From Bacteroidota bacterium (GTDB lineage Bacteria; Bacteroidota; Bacteroidia; JABEUT01), in NCBI GenBank assembly GCA_013288345.1, contig JABDCA010000001.1, forward strand, positions 13,417 to 77,416: a stretch of 64,000 nucleotides of DNA. Reading direction: 5' to 3'. A program made the translations under genes and the position numbers. Under the pieces are notes generated by a model, which saw nothing but the letters and a program-made list of their open reading frames with translations, was not told where the DNA came from and did not search any database. Positions 49,010 through 59,787 of this stretch are shown here, piece by piece. Numbering within the stretch: the first letter of the stretch is position 1; every line of letters begins with the position of its first letter.

Positions 49010-50419
49010 TTACTCCTTAACGAACTTAAATGCTTCTTTGCTTTTATTAGTCACCACTTCTGCAAAATACATTCCATTGGCTATAGCACTTATATCTATT
49101 GATAATTGGCCATTACTTATGTTTACGTTCTTACTCAGCACTTCTTTGCCGGTAATATCAATGATCTTTATTACTCCTGTATTTGATGTGGCTTGTATAT
49201 CTATCAATACATTTAAGGTATTACTTGCTGGATTAGGGTATACCAGAGTTTTAGAAGTGGTAGAGATGGTATTGATTCCCAATACCGGATTCACTTCTAA
49301 TAAATTTCCATATTGACGAACAGGGCTGCAAGCAAAAATTGCGCCAATTAACCTGTCCAATACAGTAAAGTTACCCGATGGGGTATATTGAAAAACTGTA
49401 CCCGAACCCGATCTGCCACCACCTGATGAAGTCATTCCATAAAAATTACTGTCGGAAGCCTGCATAAGGCTGCCAAGTGGGTTTTGCCCTGTTGTATCAT
49501 TCAAATCAACAATGGCTTTAAATACACCTGTTGTTGAACATTTAAAAATGGTTCCGCCATTATAAGCACCTCCTGTTTCAGTCATTCCGTATAGGTTTCC
49601 GTCAAATGCTTGTATTAAATTACCATAAGGATAACATCCTGTACTTCCGTTTAAATTGACCAGTGTTGTTAGTACGCCTGATGTTGTGCATTTGAAAATC
49701 GTACCTGAGTCAGATGCGCCACCATAAAGTGTCATTCCGTATAAATTACCATCGGTACCCTGTATAAGGCTGCCATACGGGAATCCACCATTACGGCTAT
49801 TGAAATTAACAAGTGTTGTAAGTACGCCTGAAGTAGTACACTTAAAAATGGTACCCGAATCTGCCTCTCCACCTCCATACATGGTCATACCATACAAATT
49901 GCCATCGGCACCTTGTATAAGATTACCGTAAGGATATATTCCTCCCTCTCCGTTGAAATAAACAATAGGATTAATTATGCCTGAAGGTGTGCACTGAAAA
50001 ATTTCTCCTGAATCAAATGGGCCGCCATTTACAGTCATTCCATATAAATTACCATCGGTACCCTGCACAAGGCTACCATAAGGAGAACTTCCGTTTTTAC
50101 CATTAAAGCTGGCCATAGTAGTAAGGCTACCCGAAGCAGTACATTTGAATATAGCTCCGTCGTTCGATGTACCGCCCGATAAGGTCATGCCATACATATA
50201 TCCATCAGCGCCTTGTATTAAACTACCAAAAGGCCTTGCACCACTATCTGAACCAAAACTAAGAACGGTACTGATTGATGAAACTGAAGGTGTGCATTTA
50301 AAAATAACACCCTCACTTGATGCCCCTCCACCTCCACTCATTCCCCATAGCTGAATTTGAGCTTTGGATGCTAAAGACAGTGTCAGAAAAAAAGAGAAGA
50401 GAAGTACAGCTTTCTTCAT
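49010..50419 (-). CDS. T9SS type A cargo with tandem GloVer-type (choice-of-anchor) repeats
   Basis: Likely start MKKAVLLFSFF (ATG 50419). Six GxxPxGxLxQxxDGxxYGMT repeats of about 49 aa; CTD VYPNPASN...DISAIANGMYF. Confidence 0.85.
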   Translation of the reverse strand: MKKAVLLFSFFLTLSLASKAQIQLWGMSGGGGASSEGVIFKCTPSVSSISTVLSFGSDSGARPFGSLIQGADGYMYGMTLSGGTSNDGAIFKCTASGSLTTMASFNGKNGSSPYGSLVQGTDGNLYGMTVNGGPFDSGEIFQCTPSGIINPIVYFNGEGGIYPYGNLIQGADGNLYGMTMYGGGEADSGTIFKCTTSGVLTTLVNFNSRNGGFPYGSLIQGTDGNLYGMTLYGGASDSGTIFKCTTSGVLTTLVNLNGSTGCYPYGNLIQAFDGNLYGMTETGGAYNGGTIFKCSTTGVFKAIVDLNDTTGQNPLGSLMQASDSNFYGMTSSGGGRSGSGTVFQYTPSGNFTVLDRLIGAIFACSPVRQYGNLLEVNPVLGINTISTTSKTLVYPNPASNTLNVLIDIQATSNTGVIKIIDITGKEVLSKNVNISNGQLSIDISAIANGMYFAEVVTNKSKEAFKFVKE

Positions 50420-50586
50420 ATTAGCTTTATTTTTTCCAGGAGGACATTTAATTACTTCTGTAAATGTAATTAAAACTTCCATTCATGGCTATATACCTGC
50501 AATACAATTGAATTAATCTCATTATCCTATTTTTGTAATATTCGTTCTATCTATTTTAAGGCATAATACAATAGATTTCTGTTTTC

Positions 50587-52062
50587 ATGAATACATCCTG
50601 TAAAAAAATAGTCGAGAATGAGCCAGCAGGTTCTGCTATTGCTAAGGTTGTATTACCTCTTTTATTAGTACTTACCATTCTGCCTCTGTTTATTCTTTCG
50701 TTTTACAATCACCCTTGTAATGAAGACTTTTGGGAAACTAATATTGCCATACAAAAAGGTTTTTTTGCAGCACAAAAATGGTGGTTCATAACCTGGGAAG
50801 GGCGTTATTTTGCCAATATGTTACGCAGCCTTAACCCCATGGTATTTGGTGCTTATTGGGATTATAAGTTGAACACCGTTGTATTATTATTGTTACTGTT
50901 AACTGCAACTTATTGGCTCAGTGGCAAATTGTTTAAAGGTTTGGGTAAAAACAACAAATTAGGAATAACTGCCATTTTCATTTCTTCGTTTATAGTAATA
51001 ATGCCATCTATTGCTGAGGGCATTTTCTGGCAATCGAGCATTTATGCAACACTTACAGCTAATATCATGACCCTTTTCCTGCTTGGGTGCATTATAAGCT
51101 ATTATAATTCGGGGCATAAAAAAGGCTATCTGATCTTTTCGGCCTTATTGGCCATTGTCATTATTGGTTGCTACGAAATAAATATGGTATTTATCGACCT
51201 TGCAATTCTAATACTCACTTTTTATAGCGTAGCGAAAAAGAAAGAACTATTCTTCCCATTAACTTTATTAGCAGTATGTATCATCTTTACCCTTATTGAA
51301 ATAACTGCACCGGGTAACAGTATGCGTGGTGTAGAGTTGCACTACTCTGCTTCCCACAACTTACTCTTCTCTTTAAAAAGGTCATTTGCATGGGGGGCAT
51401 ACTTATTAAGCCATTGGCTCCCTATCGCTTTCTTTATTTTCATAGTAGTGTTCGACCTTCTCTTTAAAAGCACAATTTGGAATAAAGAAACAGATTCTGT
51501 TTTTATAGTTCCTCCCTGGCTTAGTTTAATTGCCTGCGTGGCAATACCTGTTATTGGCCCCTTTATTCTCTTTTGGGCAACAGGGCTCAAACCACCCTTG
51601 CGGACAATGAACATTTTTTGTTTTTACTTTATAGCAGGTATACTATATTTTTCGTTTTCGTGCCTGGTACGTATTAAAGAAAACAAACCCGATTTTAGCA
51701 TACCTGTGTACATTAAAATTCCCGTGTACTCTATACTATTCCTTCTGTTTATTTTCAGAACAAATAACGTTACTAATGCTTATAAAGATATTATTTCAGG
51801 CACGGCCTCTGCTTATAATGCAGAACGAAATGAAAGAGATGCTTACTTAAGAAACTTTAAAGGCGATAGTTGTGTAATAGACTCAATTAAAGATATTCCG
51901 CATTCGCTCTATTTTAAGGAAATACCTAAGAACATAAATAGCCTTGGTATAAATAGTGTTGATGAGAACACAAATGCAAGGAGAAATGAAGTTTTAAAGA
52001 TATACAGAACTGCGCTTGATGATTATTACCACAAAAAATACATAGGCATAAAAGGGTGGTAA
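50587..52062 (+). CDS. DUF6056-like multi-TM protein (GT-C-like)
   Basis: YNHPCNEDF, WEGRYF, APGNSMR and many TM segments; paralog of 60488-61915. Confidence 0.7.
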   Translation: MNTSCKKIVENEPAGSAIAKVVLPLLLVLTILPLFILSFYNHPCNEDFWETNIAIQKGFFAAQKWWFITWEGRYFANMLRSLNPMVFGAYWDYKLNTVVLLLLLLTATYWLSGKLFKGLGKNNKLGITAIFISSFIVIMPSIAEGIFWQSSIYATLTANIMTLFLLGCIISYYNSGHKKGYLIFSALLAIVIIGCYEINMVFIDLAILILTFYSVAKKKELFFPLTLLAVCIIFTLIEITAPGNSMRGVELHYSASHNLLFSLKRSFAWGAYLLSHWLPIAFFIFIVVFDLLFKSTIWNKETDSVFIVPPWLSLIACVAIPVIGPFILFWATGLKPPLRTMNIFCFYFIAGILYFSFSCLVRIKENKPDFSIPVYIKIPVYSILFLLFIFRTNNVTNAYKDIISGTASAYNAERNERDAYLRNFKGDSCVIDSIKDIPHSLYFKEIPKNINSLGINSVDENTNARRNEVLKIYRTALDDYYHKKYIGIKGW

Positions 52063-52160
52063 ATAAAGAACTAACCTATCGGCAAATTTCTCATACGAGC
52101 ATCTCATTTATATATAATCGTTATAGATGCAATGTCTTTTCACCAACAACAAAGCTAAGC

Positions 52161-52361
52161 TCAAAAACAAACGAGCCTTTGTTCTAATATCGCTTTCTTA
52201 TTAGCACGCGCTTCTTGCTTTGCTGCTTTCACCGCTACCCTCTTCTCTTTCCTCACTTGTCTTTTTGTTTCGTTTGGTTTTTGTTGAGCACTAATAGATG
52301 CAGGCAAACAGGCTCCTGCCATTATCATCATCACCATTAATATGTTCAAATGTGTTTTCAT
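52161..52361 (-). CDS. Small secreted basic helical protein
   Basis: Signal-peptide-like N-terminus ending ISA-QQ, then a Lys/Arg-rich helix. Confidence 0.45.
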   Translation of the reverse strand: MKTHLNILMVMMIMAGACLPASISAQQKPNETKRQVRKEKRVAVKAAKQEARANKKAILEQRLVCF

Positions 52362-52519
52362 GATACATTTTCATATTTTGTTTCTTTTACGTGTAAACCC
52401 CTACTATTGTTGCAGTTAGTTCTGAACAAGGGCTGTTGATAACAGTTGGCTTCTTGTTTTTACACAATTAACTCCACAAAAACAGCGATTATCCGGTAAA
52501 CTATTGAGATATAAAAAGA

Positions 52520-52543
52520 AAGCCCTGCAATAATGCAGGGCTT
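52520..52543 (-). terminator. Terminator downstream of tRNA-Lys
   Basis: AAGCCCTGCA / TGCAGGGCTT stem followed by a T-rich tail on the minus strand. Confidence 0.8.
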
Positions 52544-52553
52544 CTATTTTTTG

Positions 52554-52626
52554 TGATCCCGATGGGACTCGAACCCATGACCCATACATTAAAAGTGTAT
52601 TGCTCTACCAACTGAGCTACGGAATC
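52554..52626 (-). tRNA. tRNA-Lys (anticodon UUU)
   Basis: GATTCCGTAGCTCAGTTGGTAGAGCAATACACTTTTAATGTATGGGTCATGGGTTCGAGTCCCATCGGGATCA: acceptor stem, D loop, TTCGA loop; CCA not encoded. Confidence 0.97.
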
Positions 52627-52739
52627 AACAAAGCTTTCCTTAAAAAGGTGGGCAAAGATAACAGCATTTTACAAATACCAAATCTATTCTTGCAAAAGTT
52701 TTGGATGATTTTTTTTATTCCCGGCTTTACGCTGAGGAA

Positions 52740-53870
52740 TTAAAACACCTTGCGGTAGGTGATAAATTTTTTGTAGGGAACCACTTGCAGCAATGCTACC
52801 AATAGGTGTATCATTTTTTCGTTAAAACTTCCTATCCAATTAATGAGTATATTCTCGTACACTTTTTTAGGCTGTATAACTTTGCCTAATTCATTAAAAA
52901 TAGCTGCTTCTATACCTTTTCCCTGAAATTCGGGAATTATACCAAAAACTATACCCATCATAGTATGGCAGCCCTTAGTTTTTTTATACCACAGGAATTT
53001 GAGCTTACCCACCAGGTTTAAATTACCATGCACGTACTTAAATATCTCATTCAGCTCGGGTATGGCAATAAAAACACCTACAGGTATATCTTTATGGTAA
53101 GCAAACCAGCATATATCCTCATCGAGCACAGGTTTTAGCTTACGCATAATCTCTCTTGCTCTTTCTTTAGTCAGCTCCTCAAAGTCCGTTCTTTCAGCTT
53201 TCCAGGCTTTGTTATATATATTCCTGAAATCTTCAGCATATTTCTCTCCCTGGTTCTTCTTCAAGGTTTCAAAGCGGTAATTGGTATCGCGCATTACACG
53301 ATCTGCCAGGCCCACCAAACGAGGATGTGGCGGATCCTGCACTTTGCGGTAATAAACTATCTGTTCATAGTTATTTGCAAACCCATAGTCCTTGAAGAGT
53401 GCGTGATAATAGTCCGGATGGTGGTTCATTGTATATATAGCAGGCCTCTCTCGTCCATCCGAAAGGAGGCCCCAGTAACGGTCCTTCTCACCAAAGTTAA
53501 TGGGCCCGTCCATAGCCTTCATTCCCTTTCCGGTAAGCCAGTTCTTGCAGGCCTCAAAAAGCACTAAAGCCGCTTCTTTATTGTCAATACATTCAAAAAA
53601 GCCCATACCGCCCGTAGGTTGCTCAAAAGTATGTGCGGTTTTATCATTAATAAATGCAGCTACCCGCCCAATCGGGTTATTTTTATCGTCGTACAGTACC
53701 CAGCGTATACAATCGCCATGCTTAAAATACGGGTTCCTCTTACGGTCGAATACCTCTTCTATCTCTTGCGTAATATGCGGCACCCAGTTTGGGTCGTTTT
53801 TATAGATAAAGAACGGAATCTTAGTAAAATCCTTTACACCTTTCTTATCTCTTACCTCTACTAATTTCAT
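52740..53870 (-). CDS. YghO-like GNAT-fold protein
   Basis: GRVAAFIN, GGMGFFEC, MDGPINFGEKDRYWGLL and IIPEFQGKGIEA. Confidence 0.75.
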   Translation of the reverse strand: MKLVEVRDKKGVKDFTKIPFFIYKNDPNWVPHITQEIEEVFDRKRNPYFKHGDCIRWVLYDDKNNPIGRVAAFINDKTAHTFEQPTGGMGFFECIDNKEAALVLFEACKNWLTGKGMKAMDGPINFGEKDRYWGLLSDGRERPAIYTMNHHPDYYHALFKDYGFANNYEQIVYYRKVQDPPHPRLVGLADRVMRDTNYRFETLKKNQGEKYAEDFRNIYNKAWKAERTDFEELTKERAREIMRKLKPVLDEDICWFAYHKDIPVGVFIAIPELNEIFKYVHGNLNLVGKLKFLWYKKTKGCHTMMGIVFGIIPEFQGKGIEAAIFNELGKVIQPKKVYENILINWIGSFNEKMIHLLVALLQVVPYKKFITYRKVF

Positions 53871-53877
53871 AACCCTG

Positions 53878-54381
53878 TTAATCTTTAAGTACTACTGACT
53901 CTTTTCCTTTTGTTTCGAGGTTAACTGTAATATGTTCCTGTACTGTAGTAGCTATTGATATACCTGAATAATCGGCCTTAATAGGAAACAGAGCATGATT
54001 ACGGTTTACCAGTACAGCTACTCTTATTGACTTAACAGGCGATTGCAGGAATATTTTCATACTATATGAAAGTATCTTACCGGTATTCAATACATCATCT
54101 ACCAATACAATTGTTTTACCTGAAACATTTTCCTTTTTATCAACTGATACAGCCGTTTCGCCTGAAGGAGTTTTTTTATCAATGTTGATCTTAAGCATGG
54201 TGGTTTTAAGTGGCGATATTTTCTTTAATGCCTTGTCTATTTTCTGTGCAAGGGCATAACCACCTCCTGCAACACCTGCCAGTACTATTTCCTTATCATG
54301 GGCATGCTCCTCATATATCTCGTAAGCTATGCGGGTAATTTTCTTTTCTATCTGGCTTGCATCCAGTATTAATGTTTGCAT
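53878..54381 (-). CDS. Phosphoribosyltransferase (PyrR-like)
   Basis: ITRIAYEIYE, PRPP loop VLVDDVLNTGK and PIKADY. Confidence 0.9.
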   Translation of the reverse strand: MQTLILDASQIEKKITRIAYEIYEEHAHDKEIVLAGVAGGGYALAQKIDKALKKISPLKTTMLKINIDKKTPSGETAVSVDKKENVSGKTIVLVDDVLNTGKILSYSMKIFLQSPVKSIRVAVLVNRNHALFPIKADYSGISIATTVQEHITVNLETKGKESVVLKD

Positions 54382-54482
54382 TGCAATTAATTTTTCTCAA
54401 AGGTAAAAAAGCCGAGGAAATAGTCGCTCACCGCTTTGTAAATATTGTATCAGAAATACTAACTTTGTAAAAAAGCCGTAAA

Positions 54483-55484
54483 GTGAGTGCTCATATTAAA
54501 GCTATAAGCTATTATTTACCTGAAAAAATTCTTACAAATGAAGAACTTTCAGTGATATTTCCTCAATATACACCCGAAGAAATTTACAAACGGACAGGAG
54601 TACTGGAAAGGCATATATCAGGAGACTCCGAATTACCTTCTGATATGGCTATACATGCATTTGATAAGCTTATAAGTGAACATGGCATAAAGCCTGAAGA
54701 GATTGATTTCCTAATATTCTGTTCTATGATACCGGATAGAATGGGGCCTGCAACGTCCTCAATTCTGCAGGAAAAGCTACAATTACCCAAACATAGCGGA
54801 GGTATTGATTTGCCAATGGGATGTTCAGGTTATGTGTATGCGCTGGCCCTTGCCAACTCCTTAATAGTTGCGGGCACGGCAACTAATGTGCTTATTCTTG
54901 CCGGTGATTGCACAACTAAAACTGTTGAAGAGTCTGATCATACATTCAGGTTTATACTAGGTGATGCTATGTCGGCAAGTGTTATTAGCCGCAGCCCCGA
55001 CAATCAAATAGGCGCATTTTTATTTGGAACCGACGGAAGCGGTGCCGACGCACTTATTATAAGGGGCGAAAATGCAAAAGAGAAGGTAAATGCGGAATTA
55101 AAGCACGATAGTAGCTTAAACAAAACAATGCCCTTTGGCAAGTTTTATATGGACGGAACAGGCGTACTTTCACTTACCCTTAAAAACATCCCTCCAATGA
55201 TAAACGAAATGCTGGTTAAAGAAGGTTTGTCTATTGATGATATTGATATGTTTGTTTTTCATCAGGCCGGAAGTTTTATGCTTGAAAAGCTACGGAAGAA
55301 ACTGGAAATACCAACTGAGAAATTTTTCAGCAATAATGAAACCAAAGGCAATACATCATCGGCAACTATACCTATTGCCTTATACGATGCATTAAAAGCC
55401 GGTTCTATAAAAAAAGGAAGTAAAGTGCTTTTGGCAGGTTACGGTATTGGATTTTCGTGGGGTTGTACAATAGTTACCATTTAA
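54483..55484 (+). CDS. Beta-ketoacyl-ACP synthase III family protein
   Basis: Catalytic MGCSGY, FHQA, GNTSSATIP and GYGIGFSWG. Confidence 0.92.
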   Translation: MSAHIKAISYYLPEKILTNEELSVIFPQYTPEEIYKRTGVLERHISGDSELPSDMAIHAFDKLISEHGIKPEEIDFLIFCSMIPDRMGPATSSILQEKLQLPKHSGGIDLPMGCSGYVYALALANSLIVAGTATNVLILAGDCTTKTVEESDHTFRFILGDAMSASVISRSPDNQIGAFLFGTDGSGADALIIRGENAKEKVNAELKHDSSLNKTMPFGKFYMDGTGVLSLTLKNIPPMINEMLVKEGLSIDDIDMFVFHQAGSFMLEKLRKKLEIPTEKFFSNNETKGNTSSATIPIALYDALKAGSIKKGSKVLLAGYGIGFSWGCTIVTI

Positions 55485-56636
55485 CTATTCCCTCGTTTCT
55501 ATTACGGTATGTTTTCGCTTTAATTTCAAAAACGGTTTTTCGAGAAACTGATATGAAATAACTGCAGCAAGTGCGGTTGTCAAAAAAGTTGAACCATATA
55601 ATAAAACATTCATCTGCCATAATTTAAGCTGAGTCCCGTACAGCTTTATAAAATTGATGCACAAAAGAATCATCAGGGGATGATACAAATACAATCCGTA
55701 TGTGCGTTTGCCAAAATAATTCATCCACTTATAATCAAGGTTTATTATACATGCCGGGTTATTACCAAGATTCATAATAATTATGGTAAACAGGGCCGAA
55801 TAAAACTCATGATGAATAAAGGGAATATGAACCCTTGCCATTAAGCAAACTATGGTTGAAATGTACGTTACCAGCTGAACATCCTTCCGGTACAAAAAAG
55901 GCAATATTTTATTATCTTTTACAACAATTAAATAAGCTCCAATACCACCAATGGCCATGCAGCTTATTCTATATTGCATAATAATAGAACTAGGGCCAAG
56001 GAATATCGAATTATAGGGTGAGTTACTGAAATAGTGATCTAAAATATAGAAACTGGAGCCTCGCACTACTATAGTTCCTATAATGATTATCAAGCACGTT
56101 TTTATGAAATTCTTTGTTCTTTTTATTAAATGTGGCCAGAAAAAGTAAAAAAGCTCTTCTACCCTAACCGTCCAGCTTACCCGCATTGTATCGGGCAAAT
56201 CGTTCCGGGTAAATAATGTTGCAGGTAAAAACAAAATACAGCCTAAAAGCGTTAACCACCATGTACCAATATGCTTTGTGTAGTCATTCATCAGCCTTTC
56301 ATTTATATGAGGTAACACAAAAAAACCTAAAAATATAACCGCAAAGTAAAGCGGCCATATCCTTAATATCCTTCGTATATAATAGCCCTTCATATTTATA
56401 GTGCCTGTACTTTCCTTCTCCTTCAATAACAAATATGAAATAAGAAAGCCGCTAAGGACAAAGAATAAAGACACCGACAGAACACCCAGTCCGTCATAAT
56501 AATATATCCATTTAATAACAGGCAAGCCATCTTCCACCTTCAGTGCATCAATATGGACAAGTATAATAGAAAGACAACTGATAAGGCGCATTGCATCAAG
56601 CCCGGGGAAATAAACTTTATTTTCAGTGTTTTTCAT
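55485..56636 (-). CDS. Acyltransferase family 3 (OafA-like) membrane O-acyltransferase
   Basis: FPGLDAMR, FFVLSGFLI, RRILRIWPLY, WTVRVEELFY and YGLYLYHP. Confidence 0.92.
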   Translation of the reverse strand: MKNTENKVYFPGLDAMRLISCLSIILVHIDALKVEDGLPVIKWIYYYDGLGVLSVSLFFVLSGFLISYLLLKEKESTGTINMKGYYIRRILRIWPLYFAVIFLGFFVLPHINERLMNDYTKHIGTWWLTLLGCILFLPATLFTRNDLPDTMRVSWTVRVEELFYFFWPHLIKRTKNFIKTCLIIIIGTIVVRGSSFYILDHYFSNSPYNSIFLGPSSIIMQYRISCMAIGGIGAYLIVVKDNKILPFLYRKDVQLVTYISTIVCLMARVHIPFIHHEFYSALFTIIIMNLGNNPACIINLDYKWMNYFGKRTYGLYLYHPLMILLCINFIKLYGTQLKLWQMNVLLYGSTFLTTALAAVISYQFLEKPFLKLKRKHTVIETRE

Positions 56637-56787
56637 TAAAATGGCTCTTCCTGTCTTGCTTTTAACTATTTATAGTTATCAAATATAATAAAAACTGCTC
56701 CCTCAATTCCTTATATTTATTGAGTAATGCACATTGGTTATTGGTTAAATAAGTTATTTTTGTAGTAATCATACGTCTAATTAAATT

Positions 56788-57030
56788 ATGGACATTACAG
56801 CGTTTATTCAAAAATTCGAAGCAGAATTTGAAGACATTGCTCCGGGGTCAATTACACCATCAACCAAAATCAGAGAAATTGAAGGTTGGGGGTCTATGCA
56901 TGCGCTTATAGTTGTTGCATTAGCCGATACCGAATATGATGTTACCATTATGGGTGAAGAATTAAAGAAAGTGGATACGATACAGGATCTTTTTAACCTT
57001 ATTGTATCTAAGAGAACATCCGGTAAATAA
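56788..57030 (+). CDS. Acyl carrier protein
   Basis: Acidic 80-aa protein with WGSMHAL (variant of the W-D-S phosphopantetheine site). Confidence 0.85.
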   Translation: MDITAFIQKFEAEFEDIAPGSITPSTKIREIEGWGSMHALIVVALADTEYDVTIMGEELKKVDTIQDLFNLIVSKRTSGK

Positions 57031-57046
57031 ATCAGACTAGTACAGC

Positions 57047-58102
57047 ATGGCTTTTTTCCCTATTTCAAATATTAATTTAGTAGGAATAGCAGGAGCAGTT
57101 CCTGCGTGCGAAGTTTCTAACTGGGATTATGACTATATAACTCCACAGGAAAGAAAGCTATTAATAAAAACTACCGGCATAGAAAAAAGAAGAGCAGTAA
57201 ACGATAGTGGCATTACCACATCTGACCTGTGTATGGCTGCTGCTGAAAAATTATTGCGCGAAACTGCAACATCAAAAGCAGATATTGAAATACTTGTGTT
57301 TGTTTCGCAAACCCCCGATTATTTTTTACCCGCTACAAGTATTTTATTGCAAAACAAATTGGGATTAACTAAAACCTGTATGGCATTTGATATTAACCTG
57401 GGTTGCTCGGGTTATGTATACGGGCTGTCTGCTATAAGTTCGTTAATGAGCAGCGCTAAAATGAAAAAAGGGCTTTTGCTCACTGGTGATGTATCTACCT
57501 TTAGTACACCTAAAGAAGACAAAAGCATTTACCCGCTTTTTGGCGACGGCGGCACGGCAACACTGTTGGAGTATAATGAAACTGCAGATAAAATGACATT
57601 CAGCCTGCAAAGCGACGGAGCAGGATACGAAGCAATAATAGTACGTGAAGGAGGCATGAGAAAACCTTTTACTAAAACCTCGTTCGATTTGCTGCCACAT
57701 GAGGGAGGAATTGTAAAAGCATCAAGAAATTTAGAGTTGAACGGAATGGATGTATTTAATTTTTCGGTAACAGAAGTACCCTGGAACATTCAAGATTTTT
57801 TTAAAAGAACAAATACCGGTACCGAATCGTATGATTATTTTGTAATGCACCAGGCAAATCTTTTAATGAATGAAACTATCCGGAAAAAACTGAAGTTTCC
57901 GCCGGAAAAAATACCTTACACGCTTTCTAAGTACGGCAATACCAGCTCAGCATCTATTCCGCTTACAATAGTTTCAGAATTACGCAATAAGGTATCACAA
58001 CCTGTTTCTTTCCTTTTGTCGGGCTTTGGAGTGGGCCTATCGTGGGCAACAGTTTCTCTTAAAACCCATAATTTAGTATGTCCCGAAATAATTGAAATGT
58101 AA
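57047..58102 (+). CDS. Beta-ketoacyl-ACP synthase III family protein
   Basis: LGCSGYVYG, MHQAN, YGNTSSASIP and GFGVGLSWA. Confidence 0.92.
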   Translation: MAFFPISNINLVGIAGAVPACEVSNWDYDYITPQERKLLIKTTGIEKRRAVNDSGITTSDLCMAAAEKLLRETATSKADIEILVFVSQTPDYFLPATSILLQNKLGLTKTCMAFDINLGCSGYVYGLSAISSLMSSAKMKKGLLLTGDVSTFSTPKEDKSIYPLFGDGGTATLLEYNETADKMTFSLQSDGAGYEAIIVREGGMRKPFTKTSFDLLPHEGGIVKASRNLELNGMDVFNFSVTEVPWNIQDFFKRTNTGTESYDYFVMHQANLLMNETIRKKLKFPPEKIPYTLSKYGNTSSASIPLTIVSELRNKVSQPVSFLLSGFGVGLSWATVSLKTHNLVCPEIIEM

Positions 58103-58854
58103 TGACGACACCTTTCCAACTGCAAAATAAAACTATACTTATTACCGGGGCATCTTCCGGAATTGGTGAACAGGTAGCTATTTCGTGCAGCAAAATGGGC
58201 GCAAAAGTTATTATTACCGGAAGAAGTACCGAAAGGCTTAGTAAAACGTTCTCTTTGCTTCAGGGCAGTGGCCATTCTCAGTTTGCTTGCGACCTGATGG
58301 ATGAAGAGAAGAGAAATGAATTTATAGATTCTTGCAATGCACTTGACGGGTTAGTTCATTCTGCCGGAATAGTAGTGCCTGTTCCTGTAAAGTTTATAGC
58401 CGAGAAACATATACGCCAGGCTTTGGGTATTAATTTTGAATCAGCAATGCTTATTGTTACGCGCTTGCTCAAAAACAAAAAGCTCAATGCAAATGCTTCT
58501 CTTATTTTCTTTTCTTCGGTTTCAGTAAATTACCCTTATTCAGGCGGTTCTTTATATTCAGCATCAAAAGCTGCTATAGAAGCATACAGTAAAAATCTGG
58601 CCCTTGAAATATCACCAAAAAAAATGCGGTCGAACTGCATTAAGCCAGCCATGGTAAGTACTCCTTTGTACGAGGAAACCAAAAACCAGGTAATGTATCA
58701 GGATACCGCAACGTACGAAAAAAAATACCCATTAGGAATAGGCACCCCCGAAGACATAGCCAATGCTGCAATCTATCTTCTTTCAGATGCATCGCGCTGG
58801 GTTACCGGGACCGATTTAATTATAGATGGAGGATTTTCAATAGGCAGTAAATAA
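58102..58854 (+). CDS. SDR ketoreductase (FabG-like)
   Basis: TGASSGIG, YSASK and VTGTDLIIDGG; coupled to KAS III by a 1-bp overlap. Confidence 0.9.
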   Translation: MTTPFQLQNKTILITGASSGIGEQVAISCSKMGAKVIITGRSTERLSKTFSLLQGSGHSQFACDLMDEEKRNEFIDSCNALDGLVHSAGIVVPVPVKFIAEKHIRQALGINFESAMLIVTRLLKNKKLNANASLIFFSSVSVNYPYSGGSLYSASKAAIEAYSKNLALEISPKKMRSNCIKPAMVSTPLYEETKNQVMYQDTATYEKKYPLGIGTPEDIANAAIYLLSDASRWVTGTDLIIDGGFSIGSK

Positions 58855-58871
58855 ACTTTTTAACACGCACA

Positions 58872-59786
58872 ATGAAAATATCTGTAGTAATACCTGTTTA
58901 TAATTCTTCCGAGGTGCTTTTTAAATTATTCGAAAGTATCGACAAGGTATTCTCAGACCTTACAATTGCATACCAAATTGTTTTTGTAGATGATTACTCT
59001 GACGATAATAGCTGGGAAAAGATACGGGCCATTAAAAACCAAAATCCGGGTAAAATAGTTGCTATAAGGCTTGCTAAAAATTTTGGGCAGCATAATGCTA
59101 TTTTTTGCGGGCTGCAATATTGCACAGGCGATTTTATTATTACAATGGATGATGATATGCAGCATCCTCCCACTGAAATACCAAAACTGATTGAATGCCA
59201 AAAGTCAACACAGTCCGATCTGGTTTATGGCATATCGAAAGATTATAAAAGGCCCCTTTTCAGAAGAATAACAAGTCATGGATTTAAATTCACAACTAAG
59301 CATACCTCTTCAAGTACTGCCGAAGGTTCTTCCTTCAGGATGATGAAACTGGATCTTGCAAAGAAAATTATAGCCCATAAGCAAAGCTTTGTTTTTATAG
59401 ATGAACTGATATCGTGGTACACAAAAAATATTGAATTCGTTTACGTTGAACACGATCATTCATTATTAAAAAAATCGCGTTATAGCGCTTCAAAACTGAT
59501 CAAGTTATATTTCAACCTTGTATTTGGGTATAATGCTACTTTACTAAGATTAATAACCTTTTTGGGTATATCTTCTTCATTTATATCATTCCTGGTTGGT
59601 GTCCTGTTTATCCTTAAAAAAATATTCTTTCATATCCGTATTGGGTTTACCGGCATAATTGTAAGCATTACATTTTCATCGGGCGTAATTTTATTGAGCA
59701 TTGGTATAATTGGTGAGTACCTGAGAAGAATGTACACCATTTTAAACGCACACCCGCAATATTACATCAGCGAAATATTAGAATAA
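58872..59786 (+). CDS. GT2 polyprenyl-phosphate glycosyltransferase (ArnC/GtrB-like)
   Basis: VVIPVYN, DDYSDD, KNFGQHNA, MDDDMQHPP, two C-terminal TM segments and IGEYL. Confidence 0.9.
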   Translation: MKISVVIPVYNSSEVLFKLFESIDKVFSDLTIAYQIVFVDDYSDDNSWEKIRAIKNQNPGKIVAIRLAKNFGQHNAIFCGLQYCTGDFIITMDDDMQHPPTEIPKLIECQKSTQSDLVYGISKDYKRPLFRRITSHGFKFTTKHTSSSTAEGSSFRMMKLDLAKKIIAHKQSFVFIDELISWYTKNIEFVYVEHDHSLLKKSRYSASKLIKLYFNLVFGYNATLLRLITFLGISSSFISFLVGVLFILKKIFFHIRIGFTGIIVSITFSSGVILLSIGIIGEYLRRMYTILNAHPQYYISEILE

Positions 59787-59787
59787 G

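Noticed and set aside
52554-52626. tRNA-Lys as an island integration site
   Set aside because: No duplicated 3' tRNA fragment and no integrase found in the window.
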